From a virus, in UHGV virus genome UHGV-1357020: 39,207 bases of DNA. One strand, written 5' to 3'. This document shows, piece after piece, positions 24,774-34,967 of this stretch. A program made the translations under genes and the position numbers. The notes under the pieces are model-generated. The model was not told the DNA's origin, ran no database searches, and worked only from the letters and a program-made list of their open reading frames with translations. Every line of letters starts with the position of its first letter. Within the stretch, counting starts at the first letter, position 1.

Positions 24774-25931
24774 ATGGATAAGCCAGATGTCGAAAAAATG
24801 TCTCTCAGAATGGAATCTATCTGGATGGATGCTGAGAACCGGATCATACAGGATATCGTTCGCAGGATACGCAAGACTGGAAAGATCACATCCGCTGCAG
24901 ATTACCAGATTAACAGACTGGTAGAGATGGGGAAGAGCGCCGAAGAGGTGGAAAAAATCCTAAAAGATGCTCTGAAAGCTACGTACCTGGAGATGTTTAA
25001 ACTTTATGACGATATAGCAGAGTGGCAGTACGTGCGAGATAAAAGCATATATGAGCAGGTTAATAGAGAATTTATACCAGCAGAGGAAAATGAACAGCTC
25101 AAGCAGGTGTCACAGGCTGTCAGAAAGCAGACACAGGACGAGTTGCATAACCTTGCAAGGTCTTATGGATTCTCGGTCTTAATGGGTAATCGTCGCGTAT
25201 TTATGCCGTTTTCGGAGTACTACCAGCGATATGTCGATATGGCAATCACAGACGTGATAAGCGGCGCGTTTGATTACAACACGGTCATACGCAGAGTTGT
25301 TGCACAGATGACGAACAGTGGGTTAAGAACCGTGGACTACGCTACAGGATACAGCAACAGAGTACATGTGGCAGTGCGAAGAAGCGTATTGACTGGAGTA
25401 TCGCAGATCACAGGAGAAATGAACAGGATCAATGCTGACAAGCTTGGCACGAATTATTACGAGGTAGACTGGCATCCAGGAGCCAGACCGGAACACCGCA
25501 AGTGGCAAGGAAAAGTGTACAGCAAAGAAGAACTGGTGTCTGTATGCGGTCTTGGAACTGCTACTGGCCTACAAGGAGCTAACTGCTACCATGACTATTA
25601 CCCTTTTGTAAAAGGTGCGTCTGAGCGGCAGTGGTCGGACGAATGGCTAAGAAAGCAGAATGCCATAGAAAGCAAGATAAAGCGGTGGCAAGGAAAAGAG
25701 CTGGATGTCTATGGAATCACACAGCAACAGCGAAGAATGGAAACCGCAATGAGAGCGCAGCGGTCTAAAATCGTGGCACTAAAGACTGCCAGAGCGGATG
25801 CGGATCAGATCTTGAACATGCGAGTAAAATACAGAGCACAGCTGTACGAGTACACCAAATTCTGCCGGCAAATGGGCGTAGAGCAACAAAGAGAACGGAT
25901 ATACATGGATATGTTAGGGAGAGTCGCATAG
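24774..25931 (+). CDS. minor head protein, SPP1 gp7 / Mu F-like head morphogenesis domain
   Basis: Size and position after the portal gene. C-terminal region GYSNRVHVAVRRSVLTG...HPGARPEHRKWQGKVYS resembles the Phage_Mu_F domain. Confidence 0.65.
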   Translation: MDKPDVEKMSLRMESIWMDAENRIIQDIVRRIRKTGKITSAADYQINRLVEMGKSAEEVEKILKDALKATYLEMFKLYDDIAEWQYVRDKSIYEQVNREFIPAEENEQLKQVSQAVRKQTQDELHNLARSYGFSVLMGNRRVFMPFSEYYQRYVDMAITDVISGAFDYNTVIRRVVAQMTNSGLRTVDYATGYSNRVHVAVRRSVLTGVSQITGEMNRINADKLGTNYYEVDWHPGARPEHRKWQGKVYSKEELVSVCGLGTATGLQGANCYHDYYPFVKGASERQWSDEWLRKQNAIESKIKRWQGKELDVYGITQQQRRMETAMRAQRSKIVALKTARADADQILNMRVKYRAQLYEYTKFCRQMGVEQQRERIYMDMLGRVA

Positions 25932-26033
25932 GCGGCTCTTTTATTTTGTCCTGCCAAATGACGAGAAACTGGGTACTTACTTGAGACATGTGGTGCGACC
26001 ACGAGAAAAAGCGAAGCGAAAGGAAGATGAAGC

Positions 26034-26582
26034 ATGAAAAGAGAGTTTTTAGAAGAAATGGGATTGGAAAAAGAACAGATTGACAAGATTCTGGATGCCA
26101 ATTCCGCAGATGTCGGAAAAGCAAGAAGAGATTACGACAACATCAAATCTGAGCTTGATACGACAAAACAGCAGCTTGCAGACGCAAACACGGCTATCGA
26201 GGGGTTCGGAGATTACGAAGAAATTAAAGGACAGGTGGCTGATTACAAGCAGAAGTATGAAGCATCAGAGGCGGAGAAAGTGCAGATCAAACAGGATTAT
26301 GAGTTTAATGGAAAACTTGAATCCGCAGCGAAAAAGCATGGTGCGAGAGCGTTAAAAGCAGTGCTCCCGTTTCTGAAAACAGATGATTTAAAAGCGTCTA
26401 AAAATCAAGATGCAGACATCGAGAACGCTTTTAAAGAACTGAAAGAGAACGAAGAAAGCAAGTTTCTGTTTGCAGACGATGAACCAATTAAGAATCCGGT
26501 TCTTGGCGGCGGAGCAGAGAAACCGGGTGCTTTTGATGCGGTAGCAGTTGCTATGGGACTCACAGAAAAAGATTTTAAATGA
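26034..26582 (+). CDS. scaffolding protein (coiled-coil, acidic)
   Basis: Helical, charged 182-aa protein immediately before the major capsid gene. Confidence 0.6.
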   Translation: MKREFLEEMGLEKEQIDKILDANSADVGKARRDYDNIKSELDTTKQQLADANTAIEGFGDYEEIKGQVADYKQKYEASEAEKVQIKQDYEFNGKLESAAKKHGARALKAVLPFLKTDDLKASKNQDADIENAFKELKENEESKFLFADDEPIKNPVLGGGAEKPGAFDAVAVAMGLTEKDFK

Positions 26583-26596
26583 TAAGGAGATAAGAT

Positions 26597-27454
26597 ATGG
26601 CAAATTCAATTACGCTTAGAAAACAGTATTCCACAATGCTCGACCTCGTGTACAAGAAAAGCTCACTCACATCCGTTTTGGATGGTCCGAGTGATCTGAT
26701 CCGCGAGGGAGCAAACGCGAATGAGATTTTAATTCCAAAAATGTCCATGCAGGGACTTGCAAATTATGACAAGTCTGCTGGATATGTAAATGGTGATGTA
26801 ACTCTCGATTACGAGACTGTTAAATGTACCTATGACAGAGGACGTAAATTTAACGTTGATGCTATGGATAACATCGAGAGTGCTGGTGTTGCATTCGGAC
26901 GTCTGGCTGGAGAATTTATCCGTACACAGGTAGTTCCAGAGCTGGACGCATGGAGATTTTCACAGTACGCACAGATTTCCGGTATTACATCTGCAAACGG
27001 CACACTTGCAGATGGCAAAGCCACTCTCGCAGCATTAAGAGCAGCGAGAAACGCGATCGAAGATGCAGAGGGAGATGTATCTACATGCTATCTGTTTATT
27101 AACCCGGCTCTTGTAGGCATGGTTGAAGATCTGGATACGACAGCATCTAAGAGAGCACTGGATGGATGGGCTGGCATTATTAGAGTTCCATCCGCAAGAT
27201 TCTACACAAAAATCGATCTGACCGCAAACGGTGCCGGTGGTTTTGCGAAGAACACACAGGGTAAAGCGATTAACTTTATGGCGATTGACAGAAACGCTGC
27301 TATCCAGTACCAGAAACACACTGTTCCGAAGATTATTTCTCCGGATCAGAACCAGTCTGCTGATGCTTATATGTACGCATACAGAACGGTTGGAATGTGC
27401 GATGCATACGAAAACAAGCTGAAAGGAATCTACTGCCACCACGCGGGGGAATAA
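26597..27454 (+). CDS. major capsid protein (HK97 fold)
   Basis: 285 aa with AAGGAG RBS. Follows the scaffold gene. Composition and length typical of siphovirus capsid proteins. Confidence 0.75.
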   Translation: MANSITLRKQYSTMLDLVYKKSSLTSVLDGPSDLIREGANANEILIPKMSMQGLANYDKSAGYVNGDVTLDYETVKCTYDRGRKFNVDAMDNIESAGVAFGRLAGEFIRTQVVPELDAWRFSQYAQISGITSANGTLADGKATLAALRAARNAIEDAEGDVSTCYLFINPALVGMVEDLDTTASKRALDGWAGIIRVPSARFYTKIDLTANGAGGFAKNTQGKAINFMAIDRNAAIQYQKHTVPKIISPDQNQSADAYMYAYRTVGMCDAYENKLKGIYCHHAGE

Positions 27455-27543
27455 CACCCTCTGACGATGTAGCCTTAGTTGGCAGAGGAAAAGTAGGTAA
27501 GGCAAAAGTAGGTAAGGCAAAATAAGAGACAGAGGTAATAGAT

Positions 27544-27921
27544 ATGGCGTATTCTAAAAAAGATTGGGTAGATGGAGAGACAATCACGGAAGCATCAATG
27601 GATAACATCGAGAATGGTGTAGCTGCAAATGACGCGAAAAATACACAGCAGGACGGAAAGATCACTGAATTAGAAGGGAAAATAGTGAAAGCAGTTGCCG
27701 GATCTAAAGATGGTTTGATGTCTAAGGAAGATAAAGCGAAACTGGACGGAATTGCAGAGCAGGCGAATAAATACAATCTTCCTGCGGCGAACAAAACAAC
27801 GCTGGGTGGTGTGAAACAGGCTGCACTTGTAGCAGAGGCGGCTAGGGAGAATGTAACAAAGGCGGAATTCAAAGCTCTTCTTGATGCATTAAAGGCAGCC
27901 GGACAGATGGCAGGAGAGTAA
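27544..27921 (+). CDS. hypothetical head-associated protein (125 aa)
   Basis: Position between the capsid gene and the connector genes. Confidence 0.4.
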   Translation: MAYSKKDWVDGETITEASMDNIENGVAANDAKNTQQDGKITELEGKIVKAVAGSKDGLMSKEDKAKLDGIAEQANKYNLPAANKTTLGGVKQAALVAEAARENVTKAEFKALLDALKAAGQMAGE

Positions 27922-27932
27922 AAGGAGCACAT

Positions 27933-28307
27933 ATGTTAGTAGACTACAGTTACTACATTGAGGATTTCGGGGGAGAGAAAATCTCCTCTGAGTCCGATTT
28001 TAAAAGAATCAGAAATTTGGCAGAAACGCATCTTTGCAACTTTACGTTTGACAGAATTAAAAATGATGTAGAGAATGAGCATTTGATTAAATCGTGTATT
28101 TGTGAAATGTGCGATACAATCTATGACATGACCTTAAAAGACGGCGGAAAAGTTAAAAAGTCCGAAAATACAGACGGGTACTCTGTGTCTTATGTAACAG
28201 AGCGTATTGACGGACAGGACACAGAAAAAGCGCTTGAGAATAAGCTGTACCGGATTGCGAAAGTCTATCTCGGTAATACTGGCTTACTGTATCGCGGAGT
28301 ATGCTAA
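27933..28307 (+). CDS. head-tail connector (gp6-like adaptor) protein
   Basis: Position and size (124 aa) in the conserved connector block. Confidence 0.5.
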   Translation: MLVDYSYYIEDFGGEKISSESDFKRIRNLAETHLCNFTFDRIKNDVENEHLIKSCICEMCDTIYDMTLKDGGKVKKSENTDGYSVSYVTERIDGQDTEKALENKLYRIAKVYLGNTGLLYRGVC

Positions 28308-28636
28308 TAAATTCAGACGCCACCCTGTACAGCCGGAAGTATAACCCGTCTACTCGGCTGGATGAGTGGGAACGAACCTACATCCCGGAAGTGTGGTGGT
28401 ACAAAAACGAAAAGTCGCAGATCACGACAGATGGATTAAAGCAAGCAGACACCTACACCGTCAGAATCCCGGACACGAGCGTGGCTGTCAAAAAAGATGA
28501 TTATCTTGTAAAAGGAGATTGTAAGGTTGACATGCAGACCATCAAGGATTTGGATGGGCTGGATAAGACCAGAGTCACATCTGCAAACTACAATACTTTT
28601 GGCGGCAATCCGCATATTAAGGTGGTGGGAATATAA
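28301..28636 (+). CDS. head closure / head-tail joining protein
   Basis: 111 aa. Overlapping start. Synteny. Confidence 0.45.
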   Translation: MLINSDATLYSRKYNPSTRLDEWERTYIPEVWWYKNEKSQITTDGLKQADTYTVRIPDTSVAVKKDDYLVKGDCKVDMQTIKDLDGLDKTRVTSANYNTFGGNPHIKVVGI

Positions 28637-29037
28637 TGGCAAAAGGAAAGAAAAAATTCCAGATTGAGACGCCGAGAGGTAAGATATCAACTTACACGAT
28701 TTCCAAGGGAAATTTGAAAGGAAGGACAATAGCGAGACTCGACTGGAATCCGAACTTTAGACCGAATATGGAATCCGGTTTCGCAAACGCACAGGAGTTT
28801 GTTGATTCTGAGTGCATCCGGCGCATGAAACCGGAGACTCCAAGACGGACAGGTGCACTGGTTAAGTCAGCGACTCTTGGCAGCGTGATCGGCAGTGGTG
28901 AGATCAACCAGATTGCGCCTTATGCACGTAGACAGTATTACGAGCATAAGGAAAAATCACGATGGTTTGAGCGCATGAAGAACCGACACAAAGACTCTAT
29001 TCTGAAAGGAGCGGCTAAGTATGTCAAATCTCATTGA
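28636..29037 (+). CDS. HK97 gp10-like tail-component / neck protein
   Basis: 133 aa. ATGA overlap. Synteny with siphovirus neck genes. Confidence 0.5.
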   Translation: MAKGKKKFQIETPRGKISTYTISKGNLKGRTIARLDWNPNFRPNMESGFANAQEFVDSECIRRMKPETPRRTGALVKSATLGSVIGSGEINQIAPYARRQYYEHKEKSRWFERMKNRHKDSILKGAAKYVKSH

Positions 29038-29440
29038 CAGCGTCAGATCATACATTCTCACATGTCCATTTCTTAGTGATGGGCGTGTAAATGTGGACTA
29101 TATTGGCACGGATATGGGGTATTCTGTTGATCCTATTCCGTGCGATCCGATTATCCAGAGATACATGGACGGTGGGTCAAAGAAACAGTTCCAGTTTGCG
29201 TTTACGAGCCAAGAGGAATACGATCAGGACGCAAGAATCAATATCGAAAACAGTGGATTCTTCCAGAGCTTCGAAGAGTGGTTGGAACAGCAGAGTTTTA
29301 ACGACAACCTCCCGAAACTCGGAGAAAAGAAAAGCCCAATATCAATTGAAACTTTAAACAGTGGTTACTTGTACGATATCAACGAGGAAAAAGCTAAGTA
29401 TCGTATTGAGTGCCGTTTAATTTATACACAGGAGGTATAA
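29021..29440 (+). CDS. tail completion / tail terminator-like protein
   Basis: 139 aa, immediately before the major tail protein. Confidence 0.45.
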   Translation: MSNLIDSVRSYILTCPFLSDGRVNVDYIGTDMGYSVDPIPCDPIIQRYMDGGSKKQFQFAFTSQEEYDQDARINIENSGFFQSFEEWLEQQSFNDNLPKLGEKKSPISIETLNSGYLYDINEEKAKYRIECRLIYTQEV

Positions 29441-29442
29441 GT

Positions 29443-29967
29443 ATGTCAGGAATAGTACCAAAATTAGTAGGTAGACACCTGCGAGTGGCGTTTTTAAACA
29501 CGGATGCAACAGGTAGTTCACCAAAATTCGAGAGAATGACCAATTTTACAAATATGACAAACGGGAAAAACCCGAAAGAGTATTCCAGACAGTACGTGGA
29601 TGAAAGCACGGAGAGATCAGATGTAGTTGGATATGCTCCGGCTACAGAATACTCATTCGATATGTACGCGGGCAATCCAGTACATGAACGCATTGCGGCA
29701 ATCCATGACGGAGAGAAAGTAGCCGATGATGCGCACGTGGAAGTTGTCACGGTGGATTTTTACAAGAAAAATACGAAAGGCGATAAGTGCTTTGCGACAA
29801 AGAGAACTTACGCAGTTATCCCAGATTCCGACGGAGATGGAACGGATGCAATGGTTTACAGCGGATCACTGAAAGCTGTATCCGACATCGAGGAAGGATA
29901 TGTTACAGAGACTGATATTACATCCAAGACGGTCACTTACACTAAGGGTGATTACATGGGGGAGTAG
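29443..29967 (+). CDS. major tail protein
   Basis: GGAGGT RBS 6 nt before ATG 29443. 174 aa. Precedes the chaperone and tape measure genes. Confidence 0.6.
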   Translation: MSGIVPKLVGRHLRVAFLNTDATGSSPKFERMTNFTNMTNGKNPKEYSRQYVDESTERSDVVGYAPATEYSFDMYAGNPVHERIAAIHDGEKVADDAHVEVVTVDFYKKNTKGDKCFATKRTYAVIPDSDGDGTDAMVYSGSLKAVSDIEEGYVTETDITSKTVTYTKGDYMGE

Positions 29968-30021
29968 CTTCCACCGATTTTAAGGTGGCAAAAACACAGG
30001 AAAGAATAGGAGAGTGAGCCA

Positions 30022-30387
30022 ATGAGCCAGTGGAAATGGAATAATGTAGAGCTTGAAATCGATATGGACGATGTGGAGTTTTTGGAAAAGTATGAAAAAG
30101 TATTTGAAAACATCGAGCCGAGGGAGAAGAAGCTTGAAAAGGTTGGAAAAATATCTGAAATAACCAGAGAATATTGTTTGTTGTTTTATGATATTTTTGA
30201 CGGAATTTTCGGGGAAGGTACTTCTGAAAAACTTTTTGACGGGAAAATGAATCTGAGAGTTTGCGAAGAGTGCTATGATTCGTTCATTGCTGTATGTGAA
30301 AAAGAAATCAATGCCGTAAACAAGAGAAGGAACTCTGTTGTTAGCAAGTACACTCCGAATAGAGCGCAGAGACGAGCGAAGAAATAA
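30022..30387 (+). CDS. tail assembly chaperone (G-like)
   Basis: 121-aa acidic protein located between the major tail and tape measure genes. Confidence 0.55.
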   Translation: MSQWKWNNVELEIDMDDVEFLEKYEKVFENIEPREKKLEKVGKISEITREYCLLFYDIFDGIFGEGTSEKLFDGKMNLRVCEECYDSFIAVCEKEINAVNKRRNSVVSKYTPNRAQRRAKK

Positions 30388-30388
30388 C

Positions 30389-30961
30389 ATGAATTTTTTT
30401 TATGAAGAGTTGCCAAACACAGTAAATGTGAAGGGTGAAAATATCAAGGTCATTACGGATTTCCGTGAATACATCAGGCTTTTGGACATGTTAAAAGACC
30501 AAGAGCTTGATGCTCTTCAAAAATTCGCGATCATACAGCAGTATTTTCTTGATGACGTAGTCGCAGACGAAGAAGCTATAAGCGCATTGTCCCGCTTTAT
30601 AACGATGGATACAAATTGTGTAGAGGTTGCGGAGACAGGTGATTGTGGGAGACCACAAGAAAAGCCGAAGAAAAATTTGTTCTCGTACTCCATTGATTAT
30701 CCGTATATATTATCCGGCTTTCTCAGGGATTATGGGATTGATTTAATCGACATTAAATATATGCACTGGTGGAAATTCCGGATGCTTTTCGACGGTTTGT
30801 CTGATGATACAGAAATCAAGCAGCGAATAATGTACCGCAGCGTTGATTTATCGGAAATCAAAGACAAAGAAGAGAGGAAACGAATTAAAAAGATCCAGAA
30901 ATCAATTCAATTGCCATCTGAGAGCCTGACTGATTATGATATCGGAAATGCTTTTATGTGA
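30389..30961 (+). CDS. second tail assembly chaperone ORF (T-like part). Starts 1 nt after the stop of the previous ORF with ATGAATTTTTTTTATG.
   Basis: 191 aa in the +1 frame relative to the upstream chaperone. T8 homopolymer at codons 2..4. Confidence 0.45.
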   Translation: MNFFYEELPNTVNVKGENIKVITDFREYIRLLDMLKDQELDALQKFAIIQQYFLDDVVADEEAISALSRFITMDTNCVEVAETGDCGRPQEKPKKNLFSYSIDYPYILSGFLRDYGIDLIDIKYMHWWKFRMLFDGLSDDTEIKQRIMYRSVDLSEIKDKEERKRIKKIQKSIQLPSESLTDYDIGNAFM

Positions 30962-30969
30962 GGTGACAG

Positions 30970-31125
30970 ATGAGTTGTAAAATTAAAAAACCATCACTTG
31001 AGAGAAAGTGGTATAAGTGTCCTTTTTGCGGGTGCAAGCTATTGATTTATAACAACAATTCCGTTTGCACCAATGCATTTATCAAGTGCCGGACGTGCAA
31101 AAAAGAAGTAGAGATTAAGATTTAA
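30970..31125 (+). CDS. 51-aa zinc-ribbon protein (CPFCG ... CRTC) inserted between the chaperone and tape measure genes
   Basis: GAGGTG RBS. Two CxxC pairs. Confidence 0.35.
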   Translation: MSCKIKKPSLERKWYKCPFCGCKLLIYNNNSVCTNAFIKCRTCKKEVEIKI

Positions 31126-31176
31126 GCACTTTAAATTGAGCCATTGAGCCTGTGCTATCCATAAAGGAGGGATAGT

Positions 31177-33507
31177 ATGGGTTACGATGGCTCATTAAAA
31201 TTCGATACAAAAATAATCGAGTCTGGTTTTAATAAAGGGGTATCCAAATTAGGCGACATCGCAAGCGGAGGACTAAAAGTGATTGCCGGATCAGTGGCTG
31301 GCGTTGCTGCAGCATTTGGGGCAGTGTCTAAAATGTCTCTTGATTCCGTTGCAAGCTTGGAACAGAACATAGGCGGTGTTGAGACGCTGTTTAAAGATAG
31401 CGCGCAGACAGTGATCGATAACGCGAACAATGCGTATAAGACAGCTGGTGTATCCGCAAATAAGTACATGGAGACTGTAACAAGCTTTTCCGCATCGCTT
31501 TTACAGGGGCTTGGAAACAATACCGCAGAAGCCGCCAGAATAGCAGACATGGCAATGGTAGACATGTCAGACAATGCAAATAAATTTGGTTCCAACATGA
31601 CGGATATCCAAAACGCTTATCAGGGATTTGCGAAGCAGAACTACACAATGTTGGATAACCTGAAACTTGGATATGGTGGAACGCAGGCTGAAATGATCCG
31701 CTTGATTAACGACAGCGGCGTTCTCAACGAAAAAATAGAGAATCTTGACAATGTGTCGTTCGACCAGATCATTCAGGCAATCCACAAGATTCAAGAAAAT
31801 ATGGGTATTGCCGGAACGACAAGCGCAGAAGCATTGACTACCATAGAGGGTTCTGTGCAATCCGCAAAAGCGGCGTTTGATAACTTTTTGAATGGTTCAA
31901 GTTCACCTCAGGAGTTGGCAGATGCTGTAAAGGCGGCTGCTGAAAACATAACGAATAATTTAATGCAGATTGTTCCAAGACTTGCAAAAGAACTCCCGGA
32001 AGTTGGAAACCTGTTGATGGACAGTCTTTCGCAGTCACTTAATTCCGGAAAACTCGGAGAAATGATGCAGATAGGCGGGCAAGTCGTTTCGAACATCACA
32101 ACTGGAATCATACAGGCGTTACCTGGAATCGTAACTGCGTCAGCGCAGATCATAAGTTCGTTTGCGGAAAATATCAGCACAAGTATACCGCAACTGTTGT
32201 CGTCTGGGATCCAGATCATACAGGCAATAATAAACGGGATGATGCAGGTATTACCGTCTGTTGGCTTGCTTATAACTCAACTTATTACAACTCTATACGA
32301 GCAGATAACATCTCAGGGGCCAAGTTTGTTGCAGCAAGGCTACGATTTGTTAAGCAATCTGATTGATGGATTCGTAAAGGCAATTCCAGAAGCGTTGCCG
32401 AAAGTGCTTGATTTCATACAGGGCATTGGAGAAAAGCTCGCAGAAGCTGCACCTGTAATGATTCAAAAAGGTTTTGAGCTGCTACAGAAATTGGTCGAGG
32501 GAATCGTGACCGCAATACCAATATTGATTGAGCGAGTCCCGGAGATTATTTCTACATTCGCAAACATTATTAACGACAATTTCCCGACGATTTTAATGAA
32601 GGGCGCGGAGTTGCTTGGGCAGTTGGCACTCGGGCTTATTCAGGCAATACCAACTCTGATTGCAAACATTCCCCAGATCATAGCAGCTATTGTTGACGTA
32701 CTGATGGCGTTTCAATGGTTAAACCTCGGCAAGAGTATAATTAAGTTCTTGGGTGATGGCATTACATCTATGGTCGGGTTTGTTAAAACAGCCGGTACTA
32801 ATATATTAAACGGAATTAAAGGTTCTATTCAGAATCTACCTTCAACGCTTGCTGATATAGGGAAGTCCGCTATTCACAATCTCGGGAGCACAATAAGCGG
32901 TATGGTGTCTTATGTAAAAACTGCAGCTCTAAAAATCGCGTCTGGAATTGAATCAGCAATACTGACACTGCCTGGTAAGATGGCATCAATCGGAAGCAAT
33001 ATTGTGCAGGGGTTGTGGAACGGAATATCCAACATGACTGGTTGGATTATTGACAAGATTGGAGGATTCGCAAGCAGTGTTGTTTCGTCCATCAAAGATT
33101 TCTTTGGTATACATTCCCCGTCCAGAGTTATGAGGGACCAAGTCGGGAAATACCTTGCAATGGGCGTAGGTGTTGGATATGAAAAGTATATGCCGTACAA
33201 AGAGATAAAAAAAGTATCCGGTAAGGTAGTGTCGCAGTTGTCTGCATCTGTGAGTGGTATAACGTTATCAGTGCCGGAAAGTGCTGGAAGTCAAACTTAC
33301 CAGAAAAGCGTTGGAATCCGGAAGTCTGAAAGTAATAACGAGCTACTATACGCAGTAGATCGTCTATCCAGACTTGCCAACAGACCACTTGAGATCATCA
33401 ATAAGATTGACTCTGTAGAGACATCCAGAGTACTTGCAACACCAATGGAAAAACAAATAGAAAAGAATTCAAGTTTTCGGAAGATGTTAGGAGGGGATAG
33501 AAATTGA
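31177..33507 (+). CDS. tail tape measure protein
   Basis: 776 aa. Long Ala/Ile/Gln-rich helical repeats. Canonical position. Confidence 0.85.
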   Translation: MGYDGSLKFDTKIIESGFNKGVSKLGDIASGGLKVIAGSVAGVAAAFGAVSKMSLDSVASLEQNIGGVETLFKDSAQTVIDNANNAYKTAGVSANKYMETVTSFSASLLQGLGNNTAEAARIADMAMVDMSDNANKFGSNMTDIQNAYQGFAKQNYTMLDNLKLGYGGTQAEMIRLINDSGVLNEKIENLDNVSFDQIIQAIHKIQENMGIAGTTSAEALTTIEGSVQSAKAAFDNFLNGSSSPQELADAVKAAAENITNNLMQIVPRLAKELPEVGNLLMDSLSQSLNSGKLGEMMQIGGQVVSNITTGIIQALPGIVTASAQIISSFAENISTSIPQLLSSGIQIIQAIINGMMQVLPSVGLLITQLITTLYEQITSQGPSLLQQGYDLLSNLIDGFVKAIPEALPKVLDFIQGIGEKLAEAAPVMIQKGFELLQKLVEGIVTAIPILIERVPEIISTFANIINDNFPTILMKGAELLGQLALGLIQAIPTLIANIPQIIAAIVDVLMAFQWLNLGKSIIKFLGDGITSMVGFVKTAGTNILNGIKGSIQNLPSTLADIGKSAIHNLGSTISGMVSYVKTAALKIASGIESAILTLPGKMASIGSNIVQGLWNGISNMTGWIIDKIGGFASSVVSSIKDFFGIHSPSRVMRDQVGKYLAMGVGVGYEKYMPYKEIKKVSGKVVSQLSASVSGITLSVPESAGSQTYQKSVGIRKSESNNELLYAVDRLSRLANRPLEIINKIDSVETSRVLATPMEKQIEKNSSFRKMLGGDRN

Positions 33508-34967
33508 GCCTATCAGTAAAATTTGACAATCAGGAACTCGGGCGATACTTAAGTGTATTGTCCGGGTTCTCTCCATTTAGTGGAGTAAATAGAGAGTCAG
33601 AACTGCTTGACGGAGCAGAAAGTGCAAAAGGAGAGGATTTTGGCTATATAACATATAAATCAAAGACACTTGAAATGCCATTTGAAATTAAAGGCGATAT
33701 CTTAGAAAGCTATGATGCGATTCAGAAAATCCTAAACGTCACAGAGCCGAAAAGGCTTGTGTTTGGGAATTATCCGGATCGCTATTTTTATGCTGTCCCT
33801 GACGGCAATTTTGATATAACACAGGTTGCGATTTTTGGGAAAGGCACAATCACATGGCTTATCCCGGATGGGGTAGCATACTCTACCGCAGAATTCTCCT
33901 TTGACGGAGTCCAACAGAACGGCTACCAGACCATTACCATACAAAACAACGGTACCGAATGGGCAGACGTGGACTATGAGATCACACACCAGCACGAAAA
34001 CGGGTTTATTGGATTGGTCAGCCAGTATGGAACGATCCAGCTTGGAAAAGTAGAAGAGACCGACACAGAGGAGTACGAAGCATCAGAAATCCTCGTAAAT
34101 GATAAGTTTTCCCCAAGTACCAGCGGTTGGGTGTTAAACAATGCTACCACCGTCCATGTCGTAAGTGAGCATAAGCAAACCGGAAAACTTGCGATCACAA
34201 ATGGAACCGGCGGGTATGCCCTACGAGTCACGAACTACGGAACAGGAGAGCAGTGGCACGGCCCAAGTTGGACAAAACAAGTACCAATGGACAGCAACGG
34301 ACATACCGGAGCTAAGAACTGCACGCTGTCTTGGCATCATTACTTTACGACATCGACATACAACAATCGAGGTGTTATCCAATTTTTGATGACGGACAGA
34401 AACAAGCGCAATGTAGCAGCTATGACCGTATTTAAAAATGAGCTTGGAAATAATAGAGGGTATGCGGAGTTTTTCGTAAACGGAATCAACAGAGGGAAGA
34501 TCGAGTTTGACTGTAGCTGGGATAACCCAAGAACCGGACAAAATGCCGGACGATCCAGCATCTCCAAGTTCGGGGAACGATTTGAATTCAGCGTTAACGG
34601 AGAAGCGAAACCATTTACCGTGCCGGAAATGAAAGATATTGAAGTGACAGAGATCAGCACCTTTATTGGTGTCTGGGGATCTGGGGAAGGAATTGGAGAG
34701 AATCACGTGTACTCCATGGAATTTATAAGTCACAGTGTAGACGCAAAGAGGGATGTTCCGAACCGGTTCCAAGCCGGAAATGTGGTACAGATTGACGGGG
34801 AAAGTACGAAAGTCTATGTGGATGGAGTGGCATCCGCAGGACATGAGGTAACCGGAACGGATTATTTTAAAGTGCCACCTGGAGCTACGGAAGTCCAGTT
34901 TTATTACTCGGATTTTAGCAGCCCTCCTCCAATAATCAAAGCAAAAATACGGGAGGTATATTTGTAA
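33504..34967 (+). CDS. distal tail protein (Dit), long form with a C-terminal extension
   Basis: TTG start overlapping the tape measure stop. 487 aa, about twice the size of a minimal Dit. Directly upstream of the tail-associated lysin/fibre gene. Confidence 0.65.
   Translation: MSLSVKFDNQELGRYLSVLSGFSPFSGVNRESELLDGAESAKGEDFGYITYKSKTLEMPFEIKGDILESYDAIQKILNVTEPKRLVFGNYPDRYFYAVPDGNFDITQVAIFGKGTITWLIPDGVAYSTAEFSFDGVQQNGYQTITIQNNGTEWADVDYEITHQHENGFIGLVSQYGTIQLGKVEETDTEEYEASEILVNDKFSPSTSGWVLNNATTVHVVSEHKQTGKLAITNGTGGYALRVTNYGTGEQWHGPSWTKQVPMDSNGHTGAKNCTLSWHHYFTTSTYNNRGVIQFLMTDRNKRNVAAMTVFKNELGNNRGYAEFFVNGINRGKIEFDCSWDNPRTGQNAGRSSISKFGERFEFSVNGEAKPFTVPEMKDIEVTEISTFIGVWGSGEGIGENHVYSMEFISHSVDAKRDVPNRFQAGNVVQIDGESTKVYVDGVASAGHEVTGTDYFKVPPGATEVQFYYSDFSSPPPIIKAKIREVYL

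Noticed and set aside
27333-27932. 199-aa minus-strand ORF antisense to the capsid and next genes
   Set aside because: Antisense to strongly supported structural genes. Ala/Ser-rich low-complexity translation typical of a shadow ORF.
34221-34844. 207-aa minus-strand ORF inside the Dit gene
   Set aside because: Shadow ORF on the antisense strand of a well-supported tail gene. No RBS.
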